Below, piece by piece: positions 35,441 through 45,524 of a DNA stretch of 64,000 nt (positions are counted from its first letter, which is position 1; each line of letters opens with the position of its first letter). This stretch comes from a virus. The notes under the pieces were generated by a model. It had not been told where the DNA came from, searched no databases, and saw only the letters and a list, made by a program, of their open reading frames with translations. The stretch spans positions 5,428 to 69,427 of the IMG/VR virus record IMGVR_UViG_3300031578_000010. The stretch is one strand, 5' to 3'. The position numbers and the translations under genes are program-made.

Positions 35441-35819
35441 CTTTCCTCCTTTTATACTTCTTGACCCGTATTTTATCCATTTCCTTATATATTCTGCCTT
35501 CATATTCCTTTAACGATTCTCCCTTAAACAATGCCTCTCGTCTATCAGGCGATAACTCCCAAAATCTTTTAGAAGTAATAAAACCTTTATTATTTATTTC
35601 CTGTTTGGGTATATCTTTTATATTCTCCGCTAACTTGCCTCCCGCCTTCTTAAATATCAAAAACCTGCAACGATTACAAGCCCGCCAATGAAAATGTATT
35701 CTATCTCCCACTAACTCCATATACCACACAATATCGTTCTTTTTGCCGTGCCCGCACAAGGAACAGCCCGATTCATTTTTTCCAAGGCGATATTTAATAA
35801 ACCTTACTTTTGGTTTCAT
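35409..35819 (-). CDS. Zinc-finger hypothetical protein
   Basis: CSLC...CNRC. Confidence 0.6.
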   Translation of the reverse strand: MKPKVRFIKYRLGKNESGCSLCGHGKKNDIVWYMELVGDRIHFHWRACNRCRFLIFKKAGGKLAENIKDIPKQEINNKGFITSKRFWELSPDRREALFKGESLKEYEGRIYKEMDKIRVKKYKRRKDEERNSRSNY

Positions 35820-35887
35820 ATCTTTTCCTTTATTTTATTGGCGGGCGCCCCGCCCGCCGTATGAAGAGGAGCAACACCATGTCTCAG

Positions 35888-36115
35888 TTAGGCTTGACGA
35901 CCTTTCCATATATCTTCTACCGATCTCCCTTTATGTTTTTCCACTATTTCTTCAATTTCTTTTATTTCTATTCCATAACAAGTAATAACAACCTTTATAT
36001 CGTGCCAGGCATAAAGGATTTTTAACCCTAAAGCATTTATAAAATCCGCCGCATCCAGTACAGAAGAAAAAATAAAGGCCCTGGAATATTCTCGAAAAGG
36101 CGTATACTTTGTCAT
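35888..36115 (-). CDS. Hypothetical protein
   Basis: 75 aa, SD GGAGG. Confidence 0.55.
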   Translation of the reverse strand: MTKYTPFREYSRAFIFSSVLDAADFINALGLKILYAWHDIKVVITCYGIEIKEIEEIVEKHKGRSVEDIWKGRQA

Positions 36116-36223
36116 TCCTGTCCTCCTCCGATATTTCTTACCATGGGGTTATTTCTTGTGTACCTTTTACCGTAGGTCAAAATTTCGATTTCAAATATAA
36201 ACTGTTAATCAAAGATTCTTGCC

Positions 36224-37108
36224 CTAACCCGGCGCAATAAATACAAGAGCATATTCATGTGTCCTGATAAGATATCTATTGCCTTTTCTCGCTGTACTAA
36301 AGCGAACCGAAACTCCGTTCATTTTTTTAGATAAAACAATTTCCTCTTTTAATTTAAATCCGATCTTTTTATGAAGCCGAGTTATATCGTGATTTAAACA
36401 AATAAGATCATTATCTTCTCTTAGCATTCCCACAACCCAGCACGAAACGGCGCCTGGCTTTAATATCCTGAGGCTTTCTTTTATAACTTTAAATATTCCT
36501 TTTAAAAATTCTTTATATGAAGTTGCCATAGATAAATCTTTTTCCCCTCCGCAATATTTCTCAAGGCCCCAATATGGCGGACAGGTAATAAGAAAATCCG
36601 CCGAATTAGTTTTAATATTCTTACAAATTGTAGCGTCTTGACATAAAATAGAAACTCTATCTTCTACTTCGCTCTTTATGGCCAATTTCCTTATCGCTTT
36701 ACATTCTATTTCTCTTAATTCCAGGCCAACATATTTTAATCCATGTTTTGCGGCCATTATCGCCCGAGTTCCTCCTCCGGCGAAAGGATCGATACAGATA
36801 CCTTTTTTCGGAGCATATATATTAAGTAGCCAATAAGCCACCGCAGGATTAAAAATACTTGGAACTATTCTCCGCGTCTTATCGCCAGTCTTTTCCTTCA
36901 TCCAAGCTGATTTTCCGCCATGTTTTCTTTCATGAGGAAAGGCTGAATGACCGCCAATACGAGCAAAACCTATATCTCCAATTTCTTTTTTTAATTTCAT
37001 TACAAAAGGATCGTTATAATTACAATCCCAAACAGATATAGGCCAAATCGGATACCAAAATTGTCCTGTTTTAAATTTGCCAACTTGTTTACCAAATAAG
37101 TCCTTCAT
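36224..37108 (-). CDS. Amino-(N6A/N4C)-type DNA methyltransferase, paralogue 1
   Basis: DPFAGGGT (motif I) followed by ITCPPYW (motif IV); N-terminal MKDLFG. Confidence 0.85.
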   Translation of the reverse strand: MKDLFGKQVGKFKTGQFWYPIWPISVWDCNYNDPFVMKLKKEIGDIGFARIGGHSAFPHERKHGGKSAWMKEKTGDKTRRIVPSIFNPAVAYWLLNIYAPKKGICIDPFAGGGTRAIMAAKHGLKYVGLELREIECKAIRKLAIKSEVEDRVSILCQDATICKNIKTNSADFLITCPPYWGLEKYCGGEKDLSMATSYKEFLKGIFKVIKESLRILKPGAVSCWVVGMLREDNDLICLNHDITRLHKKIGFKLKEEIVLSKKMNGVSVRFSTARKGNRYLIRTHEYALVFIAPG

Positions 37109-37143
37109 ATTTCTTCCTTTATTATCTTATATCATTAATGAGC

Positions 37144-37641
37144 CTATTTAAAAGCAGAAACGAGGTCGCCATATATTTCCTTTTTAATTCTGGCTATTTC
37201 AACTAATGTTTCTTCTCGTTTTTTAGCAGCAGCCTTTATCTTATCTTCCGTTTTAAATACCTTTTTAGATTCGTCCGTTTTCTTTATTTGTTCCTGCAAT
37301 TTTTTTAGATATCTCTTTAGTCTTGTGAATTCAGAGTTTCTCTTTATTTCGTTTCGGGGTTGTTCTTTTTCTTTCCGTATATTTTCAGCAATTCTTAATA
37401 AATTCTTTTCTATTTCCTTTTTTATTTCTTGAAAATCTTGCTCTATTTCTGCCGCGCACTTATTATTCAAATGTTTCTCACAATAGAAAGTTCCGGCCAA
37501 TGCACGGCAACTACAACTGGGCTTGATACAGTAACGAGAAGAATGCTTTGAGAATGTCTTCCAGAATTCCTTTAAAGTACAAGTAGCAAAAAACGCTCTT
37601 ATTCTTGCTGGCCGCCATGAAGCCTTCGGTATCTCTGACAT
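37144..37641 (-). CDS. Hypothetical protein with Cys/His motif and coiled coil
   Basis: CIKPSC...YCEKH; 165 aa. Confidence 0.6.
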   Translation of the reverse strand: MSEIPKASWRPARIRAFFATCTLKEFWKTFSKHSSRYCIKPSCSCRALAGTFYCEKHLNNKCAAEIEQDFQEIKKEIEKNLLRIAENIRKEKEQPRNEIKRNSEFTRLKRYLKKLQEQIKKTDESKKVFKTEDKIKAAAKKREETLVEIARIKKEIYGDLVSAFK

Positions 37642-37652
37642 TTTATCCTCCT

Positions 37653-37907
37653 TTATGTATTTTCGGGAAATGTGACTCTTACGTTCATTATATTAAGAAA
37701 AGAAACTTCCTGTAAATTAACAACAGAAAACTCTCTATCGATATATTTCTGCATCATTTCAGGATCATCTAATAAACGAATAAGGGCTTTATTGTCAGAA
37801 CAAAGAATAAACTCCTCTAACTTTCCCTGCAATGTCGCGCCTGTTCGAAAATGAATAGTAACACTCGCCCCAATATGATATTCTTTATTTCTCATTTGAT
37901 CACACAA
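37653..37907 (-). CDS. Small Sm-like beta protein (tentative)
   Basis: VTIHFRTGATLQGKL...SVVNLQEVSFL. Confidence 0.5.
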   Translation of the reverse strand: MCDQMRNKEYHIGASVTIHFRTGATLQGKLEEFILCSDNKALIRLLDDPEMMQKYIDREFSVVNLQEVSFLNIMNVRVTFPENT

Positions 37908-38817
37908 GAGTTTTCTTAACTAATAAACCCCTTTGTAATCTTGAACCAAATTTATCTAAGTATTCTTCGAAAGTAATGCTATTTCTAAAAACAGACCCGG
38001 TTGCAGAATAAAACCTAACCAAAGGCGTTATTACACGTCTATCCCAGCCTTTCGGAATATATTCTCCTAACTTCTCAATATTCAAAGGGCGATATCTCAT
38101 AGGAAATGGCAATACGCCAAATTTCCTCAATAATTCAAGTCTATACAAAGTTTCTTCTAATGTATCTTTATAACCAAATAAAACATATACTCGAATATCT
38201 CGTGCCTTCCATCCCGCTCTTATAGCTATTTTTATTGCATTTATTACCTGGTCTTCCTCTTTAATAGAATCAAAAGCGAACCTCAATATACATTTAATTT
38301 CTGCAAATTTGCTGGCTATTGTTTTCGTAAACCTACAGGCATCTAAGCCTTGATTAAAATCAACTAAATTAAATCTCTTGCACGAATCTATAACTTTCCA
38401 AATATGCTTTTTAGATGCTGCAAGTAAATTATTATCACAAATTATTGGCGCGGGCTTAAATTTTATGATTTCTTTTATGTCTCCTTCCAATCTTGGGACC
38501 GCACAAAATCCACAGCTATTCGGGCAACCCCTTGTTGTAAATGTTGCATTTGGATTATATAAATTTAAAGGTGAAACACCCCTTGGCGCATCCTCTTCTA
38601 CATTTGCAAGGCCTTCGAACTTCTGTCGAGCCAAAACAGCTCCAGGACCGCCAACAATTATTTTTTTAGGAGGAAAAAAAGACCCCAACGAAGCTTTTAT
38701 TTTTCTTATCGTCTTTTTTACAAGCCAAGTAAAAGGAACAGAAATATATAAAGAATCTTTTTGCTCCCAACTTATCGGCCCAAGCTTCCATTTATTTTCG
38801 CGTTTTAGATTATTCAT
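37900..38817 (-). CDS. Radical SAM protein
   Basis: TTRGCPNSCGFCAVP (CxxxCxxC), CDNNLLA, DFNQGLD. Confidence 0.9.
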   Translation of the reverse strand: MNNLKRENKWKLGPISWEQKDSLYISVPFTWLVKKTIRKIKASLGSFFPPKKIIVGGPGAVLARQKFEGLANVEEDAPRGVSPLNLYNPNATFTTRGCPNSCGFCAVPRLEGDIKEIIKFKPAPIICDNNLLAASKKHIWKVIDSCKRFNLVDFNQGLDACRFTKTIASKFAEIKCILRFAFDSIKEEDQVINAIKIAIRAGWKARDIRVYVLFGYKDTLEETLYRLELLRKFGVLPFPMRYRPLNIEKLGEYIPKGWDRRVITPLVRFYSATGSVFRNSITFEEYLDKFGSRLQRGLLVKKTLV

Positions 38818-40511
38818 TAAAATACCATTACTTCGGCGTCGTTATCTTCCGCCTGTTGTTTTAATTGAGCATCTGCGGCGGCCCTTGCAATTTCTCTTCC
38901 AAAATGAATAAAGAAATCAAATCGCAATGCCGCGAGCATTAAGGAATCTGGTCCGTGATCTTCTGCCTTAATTGGTTTGCCAAATTCGTCTTTCTTATAA
39001 TTAACTAATTGCCGATATAATATTCTATTAGACCGCACATTTAAAATCCTTAATCTACTCGAATTAATATATCTTTCCAGGTTTTGAATTCCTGTTTCTT
39101 TATATTTATTAAATGCAACGCTTTCGACAGTAAATCCAGACTTTCTTAAATACATTATCCCATAACTTTGTTCACTATCCCCGTATACAAGAAAATCGCC
39201 AAAACGAATTCTTATTGCCTTTAATGTACTAACAATATAATCTAAATCCCTTCCGACTGAAAAATCAGAAAAAGGAACTATTAAAGCGTTGCTCCCTTTT
39301 ATTGCCAAAGTAATAGCGCACTGTTTTGATGTTCCAAAATCAATCCCAACCGATCTTTTCGTATCCTGCAAGTTAGGAATTATAACTCTATCAACTAAAC
39401 TTCTTCTTAATTTCTTTGTATTATAAACTTTTGATTGTGTTTCAGGGCGACAACATTCAAATTCAACCTTCCAGTTTTGCCCTTTTATTTCCGCCTTTTT
39501 CTTTATCTTCAAAGCCTGTTCGAAACTAAGCCAGCCATCGGTTTTTCTGGCTATTCCATCGCATCCAAAATATCTTACTTTAATTATGTTCCCTTCCGAA
39601 TCTTTTTTAATTTTCTTACGAGTGAAAACACATTTCTTACAATCAATATCCCTTTCACATTTGGCGAAACAGGAAAAAATATTCCATTTAACTCGAACAA
39701 AATCTAACGCCTCTGCTTGATCCCACGTATCCGCAAAATGCCCAACCGGCAAATGAAATGTCGACAAATATAGAATAACGAAATCTTCTTGTGTTATTAC
39801 TGAATTTGTCGCCTGCAAAATATTATCATCTTTATATCTTTCTTTCTGGCAAACCTCATCGGCAACGAATCCTTCCGGATGTTTCCCTCTCGTTGCATTT
39901 TGTGAATTAGGAATAACTTTTAAATTTACACCATTTTTTAAATTAGTCCTGTGCATTAAAGGTTCGCCATCAAGCAGCCTTTCTTTTAATGATGGCAAAC
40001 ATTCCCAAAATGCTGTAATATAACTATAAATTTCTAATGCTTGTTCTTGCGATCCTGCAAGGTCTGAAAAAGAAAGTTTTCTCCAAACCATACAAATGAA
40101 AATAAGAACGGCGGCTATAAGCGATTTCCCTCCGCCTCTATTTGCCCAAACAATTATCGCCTGAACAGTATTTCCCTTCTTATCTTTTCTTGCAAAAAAT
40201 AAATCCGCCAAAACCTTTAAATGTTTCTTAATAAGTTTAATTGTTTGTTTCTCACCTCGTTTTATAAACCACAAATTATTTTCAACAAAATCCTTTATCG
40301 CGTTTTCTTGCCTTCTATAAAAAACCTTTCTTGTTTCTTCCGGATTCCTTTTTAAATTAAAATCATAAAATTCAATATTAGGGTCTAAGTTCCGATTCTG
40401 CTTGAGCTGTTCCCACTGTTCCACTATTTGGCCCAAGACCGTATTCGGCGAGTTTTCTGAAAATTCGTTCCTTAATTTTTTCATTATTAATCTCTTGATC
40501 CAAAACCCCAA
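38817..40511 (-). CDS. terL: Terminase large subunit
   Basis: Walker A ANRGGGKS, Walker B FVADE, nuclease VGIDFG and EDHGPDSL; exact start uncertain (40511 or 40484). Confidence 0.9.
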   Translation of the reverse strand: MGFWIKRLIMKKLRNEFSENSPNTVLGQIVEQWEQLKQNRNLDPNIEFYDFNLKRNPEETRKVFYRRQENAIKDFVENNLWFIKRGEKQTIKLIKKHLKVLADLFFARKDKKGNTVQAIIVWANRGGGKSLIAAVLIFICMVWRKLSFSDLAGSQEQALEIYSYITAFWECLPSLKERLLDGEPLMHRTNLKNGVNLKVIPNSQNATRGKHPEGFVADEVCQKERYKDDNILQATNSVITQEDFVILYLSTFHLPVGHFADTWDQAEALDFVRVKWNIFSCFAKCERDIDCKKCVFTRKKIKKDSEGNIIKVRYFGCDGIARKTDGWLSFEQALKIKKKAEIKGQNWKVEFECCRPETQSKVYNTKKLRRSLVDRVIIPNLQDTKRSVGIDFGTSKQCAITLAIKGSNALIVPFSDFSVGRDLDYIVSTLKAIRIRFGDFLVYGDSEQSYGIMYLRKSGFTVESVAFNKYKETGIQNLERYINSSRLRILNVRSNRILYRQLVNYKKDEFGKPIKAEDHGPDSLMLAALRFDFFIHFGREIARAAADAQLKQQAEDNDAEVMVF

Positions 40512-40932
40512 TAATTACAGAAACAGTTTGTTGAAGAACATGAATAGAAATAGTATGTTTAACGCCATGCTCTAATTTATCCAGCCTTTCGATATCCTGC
40601 GAAATAGAATTTAATAATTGGGAAGCATTATTTATTGTTGCAATATTTAATCGTTTTTTCTCTGCCGATCGCCTTGCAAATAACTCATCCAGCAATGCCC
40701 GTTTTAATGCAATATTCACGCGCAAATTGCAAAGGTTTTCATTACCTAAATATTTCGCAACTCTTTTAGCGAGTTTTTTGCGCAAAACCTTAGAATGTAG
40801 CCCCGTTTTTATAGGGCGCCCACCAGGATGTTTTTTGGAGCCGGCGCCATGGACTTGGCAAACGGAGAAACCTTCAACGGCGCGACGTCTGCATTGTTGG
40901 CCTGTCGCCTTACATTTTGCGTGGCATTGCAT
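40378..40932 (-). CDS. terS: Terminase small subunit (Zn-finger HG-x-S type)
   Basis: CHAKCKATGQQC...CQVHGAGS...GRPIKTGLHS, helical C-terminus; directly upstream of terL. Confidence 0.75.
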   Translation of the reverse strand: MQCHAKCKATGQQCRRRAVEGFSVCQVHGAGSKKHPGGRPIKTGLHSKVLRKKLAKRVAKYLGNENLCNLRVNIALKRALLDELFARRSAEKKRLNIATINNASQLLNSISQDIERLDKLEHGVKHTISIHVLQQTVSVIIGVLDQEINNEKIKERIFRKLAEYGLGPNSGTVGTAQAESELRP

Positions 40933-41107
40933 ATCGTTCGCTCCCTTATAGCGCCCTTCCCTACCTCTATATACTATCTTTAAGACTTTAATACTTTAAA
41001 TAACTTATGCCTCCGCAAACATTATAATTATATTTTAACCTAACTCATTAAAGCGTAAGGGGTTATGGAAAGACTGAATATCCCCCCTACATTTTTCGCT
41101 TTGTAAA

Positions 41108-41500
41108 CTAATCTCCATCCGCCATCGCAGTCGCCCTTACTATTAATGATTCCATACGAAAACCGTAATAAAATGAATCCATCCCTTGTTCAATTTTAGC
41201 ATGAAAAATAATACTATCTAAAATATTTCCTTCTGTATCTAATCTGCGAATTTCTGCTATTTTTTCATTTTTAAAATTGTGCAATATTTTATTGATATTT
41301 TGCGGTTTAAACGCTGCCGCCTTCGGACCGAATCCTCGAAAAACCCGAACGGCATTTGCCCCATAAGAACGGATAATGGATACCGGAACGTCCTTCCCTC
41401 CTAAAATTAATTGAAAAATAGAATATTCTGGTCTTCCTGCAAAAGAAGAAAAGAAGATCATTCCCTGTTCAAATCTTTGTCTTATCGTTTTATCTTCCAT
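41108..41500 (-). CDS. Hypothetical protein
   Basis: 130 aa. Confidence 0.55.
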   Translation of the reverse strand: MEDKTIRQRFEQGMIFFSSFAGRPEYSIFQLILGGKDVPVSIIRSYGANAVRVFRGFGPKAAAFKPQNINKILHNFKNEKIAEIRRLDTEGNILDSIIFHAKIEQGMDSFYYGFRMESLIVRATAMADGD

Positions 41501-41503
41501 TTT

Positions 41504-42418
41504 CTAATCCGCCAATATTATAGACAAAACTTTAGCCAAGCCCTGAAAATTCCTGTGCTTCATTTCAAACTTTCTAACCTGTTTCATCATAGCTTCTATA
41601 TCACAGAACCGAACCCCTTTTAATCTTTTATATATTTTCGAGAATTCCTGTTCATATTCTATTCCGAGTTCCCGACCATAGCGGCAAATCTTGACAAGTT
41701 TATAAGCAAGATTCACAACAGGCAAATTATCTTGAACCTTTTTTATAAATGGTTTCGGATCATTATCCTTTTGTAGATCCTTTAAAGTAGGATATTTTTT
41801 AACAATTTCTAAAGCCCGTTTTTCCCCAATCCCCATAACTCCAGGAACGTTATCGCCAGTATCCCCCATCAAAGATTTGACCTTGATAAAGTCTTTTGGC
41901 ATTATTCCATATTGTTTTTTGAATTCTTTAAGATCTATCATTTCCTTTTGCGTTGGTCTAAAAACGCTTATTTTTTCATCTATTAATTGAAGGAGATCTT
42001 TATCGGCACTCGCAATAATTACATTAAGACCGTCTCCAGCATATAAACGAGACATAATGCCCATGATATCATCGCCTTCTACTCCTCGAATTGAAACCTG
42101 CCTAACATTTAAAACCTTAAAGAACTTCTTTGCCATTTTGATCTGTTTAAACAAAGGTTCTAATTTCTCGCGAGATTCTTTTCTATTCGCTTTATATTCT
42201 GGAAAAATTCCCTGCCTTAAAGCCGATCCGCCTTTCCCATCCCAGCAAATAATTAAACGATCATAGCTTAGGTCGGCATACATTTTCTTTAACATTTGAA
42301 GAATGCCAGAAATAACAGATGTAGGAACTCCTTTAGAAGTTTCTAAATTTCTGGTCATGTAGGCCCGGAAAGCGAATAAATTGCCATCAAGTATTAGAAT
42401 CTTCTTATTATTCTTCAT
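41504..42418 (-). CDS. 5'-3' exonuclease / flap endonuclease (PolA N-terminal/T5-like)
   Basis: LILDGN, CWDGKGGSALR...YKANR, EGDDIMG, SADKDLLQL, LMGDTGDNVPGVMGIGEKRA; start moved to ATG 42418. Confidence 0.92.
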   Translation of the reverse strand: MKNNKKILILDGNLFAFRAYMTRNLETSKGVPTSVISGILQMLKKMYADLSYDRLIICWDGKGGSALRQGIFPEYKANRKESREKLEPLFKQIKMAKKFFKVLNVRQVSIRGVEGDDIMGIMSRLYAGDGLNVIIASADKDLLQLIDEKISVFRPTQKEMIDLKEFKKQYGIMPKDFIKVKSLMGDTGDNVPGVMGIGEKRALEIVKKYPTLKDLQKDNDPKPFIKKVQDNLPVVNLAYKLVKICRYGRELGIEYEQEFSKIYKRLKGVRFCDIEAMMKQVRKFEMKHRNFQGLAKVLSIILAD

Positions 42419-43004
42419 CGCCTTCTTCATCCTCTTCATCTTCATCTTCTTCTTCCTTTTTCTTAGATGGGGGCTCTTCCTTCCGAATATAAGCCGGCAT
42501 AACCCGCTCAATTAATTTCCTTATTTCAGCAAGATCGATAAATTTATCAACAGAATTCACCAAATCGATAGCAGCAGATTCGAACTTGGAAGAAACCGCT
42601 ATTATTCTTTTCCCGTGCAACCTCAGATATTCTATTACAGGAACGAAATCTCCATCCCCAGTGACTAACACCGCTATATCGAAATTTCTTTTGGTCAACA
42701 TCATATCCATGGCCATTATAATATCTGTGTCTCCCTTTACTGCAACCTCTCGCCCTGATTTCTGAATTCTTTGCTGCTCCCTCCTTCTTACAGTAAACCC
42801 ATTGTTCAGTAAAAAGATGGCGAAGTTTCTCTTTTTCGTATCTTCCTCCCATGAAGTATAATAAAAGCAATTATATATGGCGCAATCTGCCGCTAACAAT
42901 TCCCTCAATTTTGTGAAATCAACCTGCCATCCAAGATAACTGAGGGTTCCGTAGAGATTGTCGCCATCGATGAACAAAGCAATTCTTTCCTTAGAATTTA
43001 ACAT
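42408..43004 (-). CDS. NYN domain (LabA/DUF88) nuclease
   Basis: LFIDGDNL, KGDTDIIMAMD, LVTGDGDFVPVI...GKRI. Confidence 0.88.
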   Translation of the reverse strand: MLNSKERIALFIDGDNLYGTLSYLGWQVDFTKLRELLAADCAIYNCFYYTSWEEDTKKRNFAIFLLNNGFTVRRREQQRIQKSGREVAVKGDTDIIMAMDMMLTKRNFDIAVLVTGDGDFVPVIEYLRLHGKRIIAVSSKFESAAIDLVNSVDKFIDLAEIRKLIERVMPAYIRKEEPPSKKKEEEDEDEEDEEGDEE

Positions 43005-43498
43005 ATCTCCTCCTCAATTCGTCTTCTATTCCTTCTTCCATATTCTGCCAGGCAGAAAGCATCGACTACATTGTCGCGAACTGCTAATGGCACGCCAGGG
43101 AAAGAGCAACCCGATATCTTTTTTGCGGCAGTAAACATCATCCCCTTCGATGCATGGCCATATCCTGCTATCTGTTTCTTTAAAGTAGTCGGATTAACTA
43201 TTTTGATTTTAATATTTCTTATAAATAATCCTCTGCGAATACACCACCCTAACTCCCCAATATTAAAAACCATTCCGCCCCCTCTGCTTTTCTGATAGGC
43301 GTATCCTTCAACAATTCCCAAAGAAGGCTTGAATTTCTTTAAGATCTCTTTTATTTCTTTCTCTATAAAATAAAGACGTGGATCTCCTCTTAACTTTCCG
43401 GGGCGAATAACGCCATACTCTTTTATTTCGCCCTTCTCTAAAAATGCCCAACCTGTCGCAACATGACTGGGATCAATTCCTAATATTCTTTTATACAT
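42998..43498 (-). CDS. ruvC: RuvC-like Holliday junction resolvase
   Basis: ILGIDPS...TGWA, IVEGY, GHASK, DNVVDAFCLA. Confidence 0.88.
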   Translation of the reverse strand: MYKRILGIDPSHVATGWAFLEKGEIKEYGVIRPGKLRGDPRLYFIEKEIKEILKKFKPSLGIVEGYAYQKSRGGGMVFNIGELGWCIRRGLFIRNIKIKIVNPTTLKKQIAGYGHASKGMMFTAAKKISGCSFPGVPLAVRDNVVDAFCLAEYGRRNRRRIEEEIC

Positions 43499-45524
43499 TT
43501 TGTTTTATTACACTCCTTCTTTCGATTCTTTTAACCACTGCAACATCCGGCAGCTGGCTTCTTAATTCCTTCAAATGGGATATTACAATAACAGAACTAA
43601 AATTATTCCTCAAAGAATATAATAGATTAACCAACCGCTTCCTTGCCTTATCATCTAAGGAAGAGAAAACCTCATCTAAAAATAATAAATCACAATTCAT
43701 ACTCGAACTCTTGGCGGCTAATTCTGATAACCCTAAACCGATAGCAAGAATTATAGACTGTTTCTCGCCTCCAGAATACGATTCGAAATCGGCTATGCCT
43801 TCAGGAGATATTATGAATATATCCAATTTCTCTTTATAATTCCCCGATTTAGTTTTTGCGCCTGTTGTGAATTCTGCACTTATTCCCTCATCAGAGAGTA
43901 TATCAAGATATTTATTTACTTTCTCATTTAAGACAGGCAGCACATTTTCTATTATTATTTGTCTTACACCTCCTGTTTTAGAAAACATTTCTACTACAAA
44001 TTCTTGATTTCTTGTTTTCTTAACTAATTCCTCCCGTTCTTTATCTAATACGTTCGCGGCCTTTATCTCCGCCTGCATTCGTTCTATTTCACGATTAGCT
44101 CCTGCAAGTTTAGTCTGATGCTCTGCAACCGTACCTTTTGTTTTAAGAAGCCCTTTCCTTAATCTCTCTAACCTGTCAGCAGAATAATCCTCCGCTTTTA
44201 TATCTTCTAAAATAATTGTAGCCCTATTCCTTGCCGCTTCTTTTCGTTTGGTTTCGACTTCTATTTCTTCAATTTCGCTATCAACCTTCAGGAGCTTTTG
44301 TGTTTCACGAATCCTGTCCTGTAAATCTTCAGCAGTTGGCAAAGAAATAATCTTCTCTCTTTTCCTTTCCAAAGTATCGAGCCTTTTAGTAATTTCTCCT
44401 ATCTGTTTCTTTAACGCCTGGTATTTATTCCCTGCTATCGTTAAAACTTCCTTTTCATGATCCATTAATTTAGTTTTTACTTCTTCCGTATATTCGCGCT
44501 GGCACTCCGAACATATTTTCTTTTTCTGAATATAATTAATCTTATCCTTTGCATTCTTTGCTTGCAACTTGGAAGAGATTTTTCCTTCCGTCTTTTCTTT
44601 TAATATAGTATTTCTTTCTGCAATTTCTGCCTCTATCTCTTTTAATCCTCCTCTTACAATTTGAACATTATCTAATTGAAGTTCAAGATCTTTTATTTTT
44701 TCAGCGCTATCGCCTGATATCTCTTTCAGTTGGTCTTTTCTTCGATTCAAAGAATTTAATTCTTTGGCAGTATTTTTTAAAGTATTCCTTGCAGAAGTAT
44801 CAGCGGCCTCAAGGCGCTGTAATTTCTTCACTAACTCGTTTAAATTACTATATTTCTCTTCTGCTTCCTGTAAAGTCTCTTTATAGACCTGGACCACTTC
44901 TTGTAAACTTTTTAATTCCTTTTTTAATCTGACCCTATTTCGCAATTCAAGTTCAGTATCAATCATTTTTATCCTATCTTTTGAAATAAATAGTTTCGCC
45001 CGGGATATGTCCGAACATTTATTTAATATTAAAAGGCCAAGAAAATTTGTTAAAAGTTCGTATCTCTCAGATGATCTCAGAGAAACAATCTTTGCAAGAT
45101 CTCCTTGTCCAAATAAAACAGAATTTCTAAATGCTTCAAAATCAAATCCAATTAAATTTACAATTTCCTTATCAGTATCCTTCAGCCCCTTCCCGAACAC
45201 CTCCCCCGTAGTCAAACAAGTAAAGCGAACTGCCCCATGATTGCCAGGATCTCGGCTTCTAATTACTTCATAATTATTTCCATTATGTTCAAATTCAAAT
45301 GCCGCAGAACCAGAATTGGCCCCACGTCTTAATATCTGGGCCTTTGTAACGCCCCATCTTGTTGTCTGCCCGAATAAAGCGAAAGTAATAGCCTCGAAAA
45401 TTGAAGACTTCCCTGCGCCGTTCGGGCCTACTATTAAAGAGAGCTGCTCAGAATAAAAATTGAATATATTAGTTTTCGTTCCATATTTAAACAAATTATT
45501 TATTTCGATTTTTATCGGCTTCAT
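43491..45524 (-). CDS. sbcC: Rad50/SbcC-like (T4 gp46-like) ATPase
   Basis: GPNGAGKSS, zinc hook CSEC, signature YSGGE, Walker B LFLDE, ISH. Confidence 0.92.
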   Translation of the reverse strand: MKPIKIEINNLFKYGTKTNIFNFYSEQLSLIVGPNGAGKSSIFEAITFALFGQTTRWGVTKAQILRRGANSGSAAFEFEHNGNNYEVIRSRDPGNHGAVRFTCLTTGEVFGKGLKDTDKEIVNLIGFDFEAFRNSVLFGQGDLAKIVSLRSSERYELLTNFLGLLILNKCSDISRAKLFISKDRIKMIDTELELRNRVRLKKELKSLQEVVQVYKETLQEAEEKYSNLNELVKKLQRLEAADTSARNTLKNTAKELNSLNRRKDQLKEISGDSAEKIKDLELQLDNVQIVRGGLKEIEAEIAERNTILKEKTEGKISSKLQAKNAKDKINYIQKKKICSECQREYTEEVKTKLMDHEKEVLTIAGNKYQALKKQIGEITKRLDTLERKREKIISLPTAEDLQDRIRETQKLLKVDSEIEEIEVETKRKEAARNRATIILEDIKAEDYSADRLERLRKGLLKTKGTVAEHQTKLAGANREIERMQAEIKAANVLDKEREELVKKTRNQEFVVEMFSKTGGVRQIIIENVLPVLNEKVNKYLDILSDEGISAEFTTGAKTKSGNYKEKLDIFIISPEGIADFESYSGGEKQSIILAIGLGLSELAAKSSSMNCDLLFLDEVFSSLDDKARKRLVNLLYSLRNNFSSVIVISHLKELRSQLPDVAVVKRIERRSVIKQNV

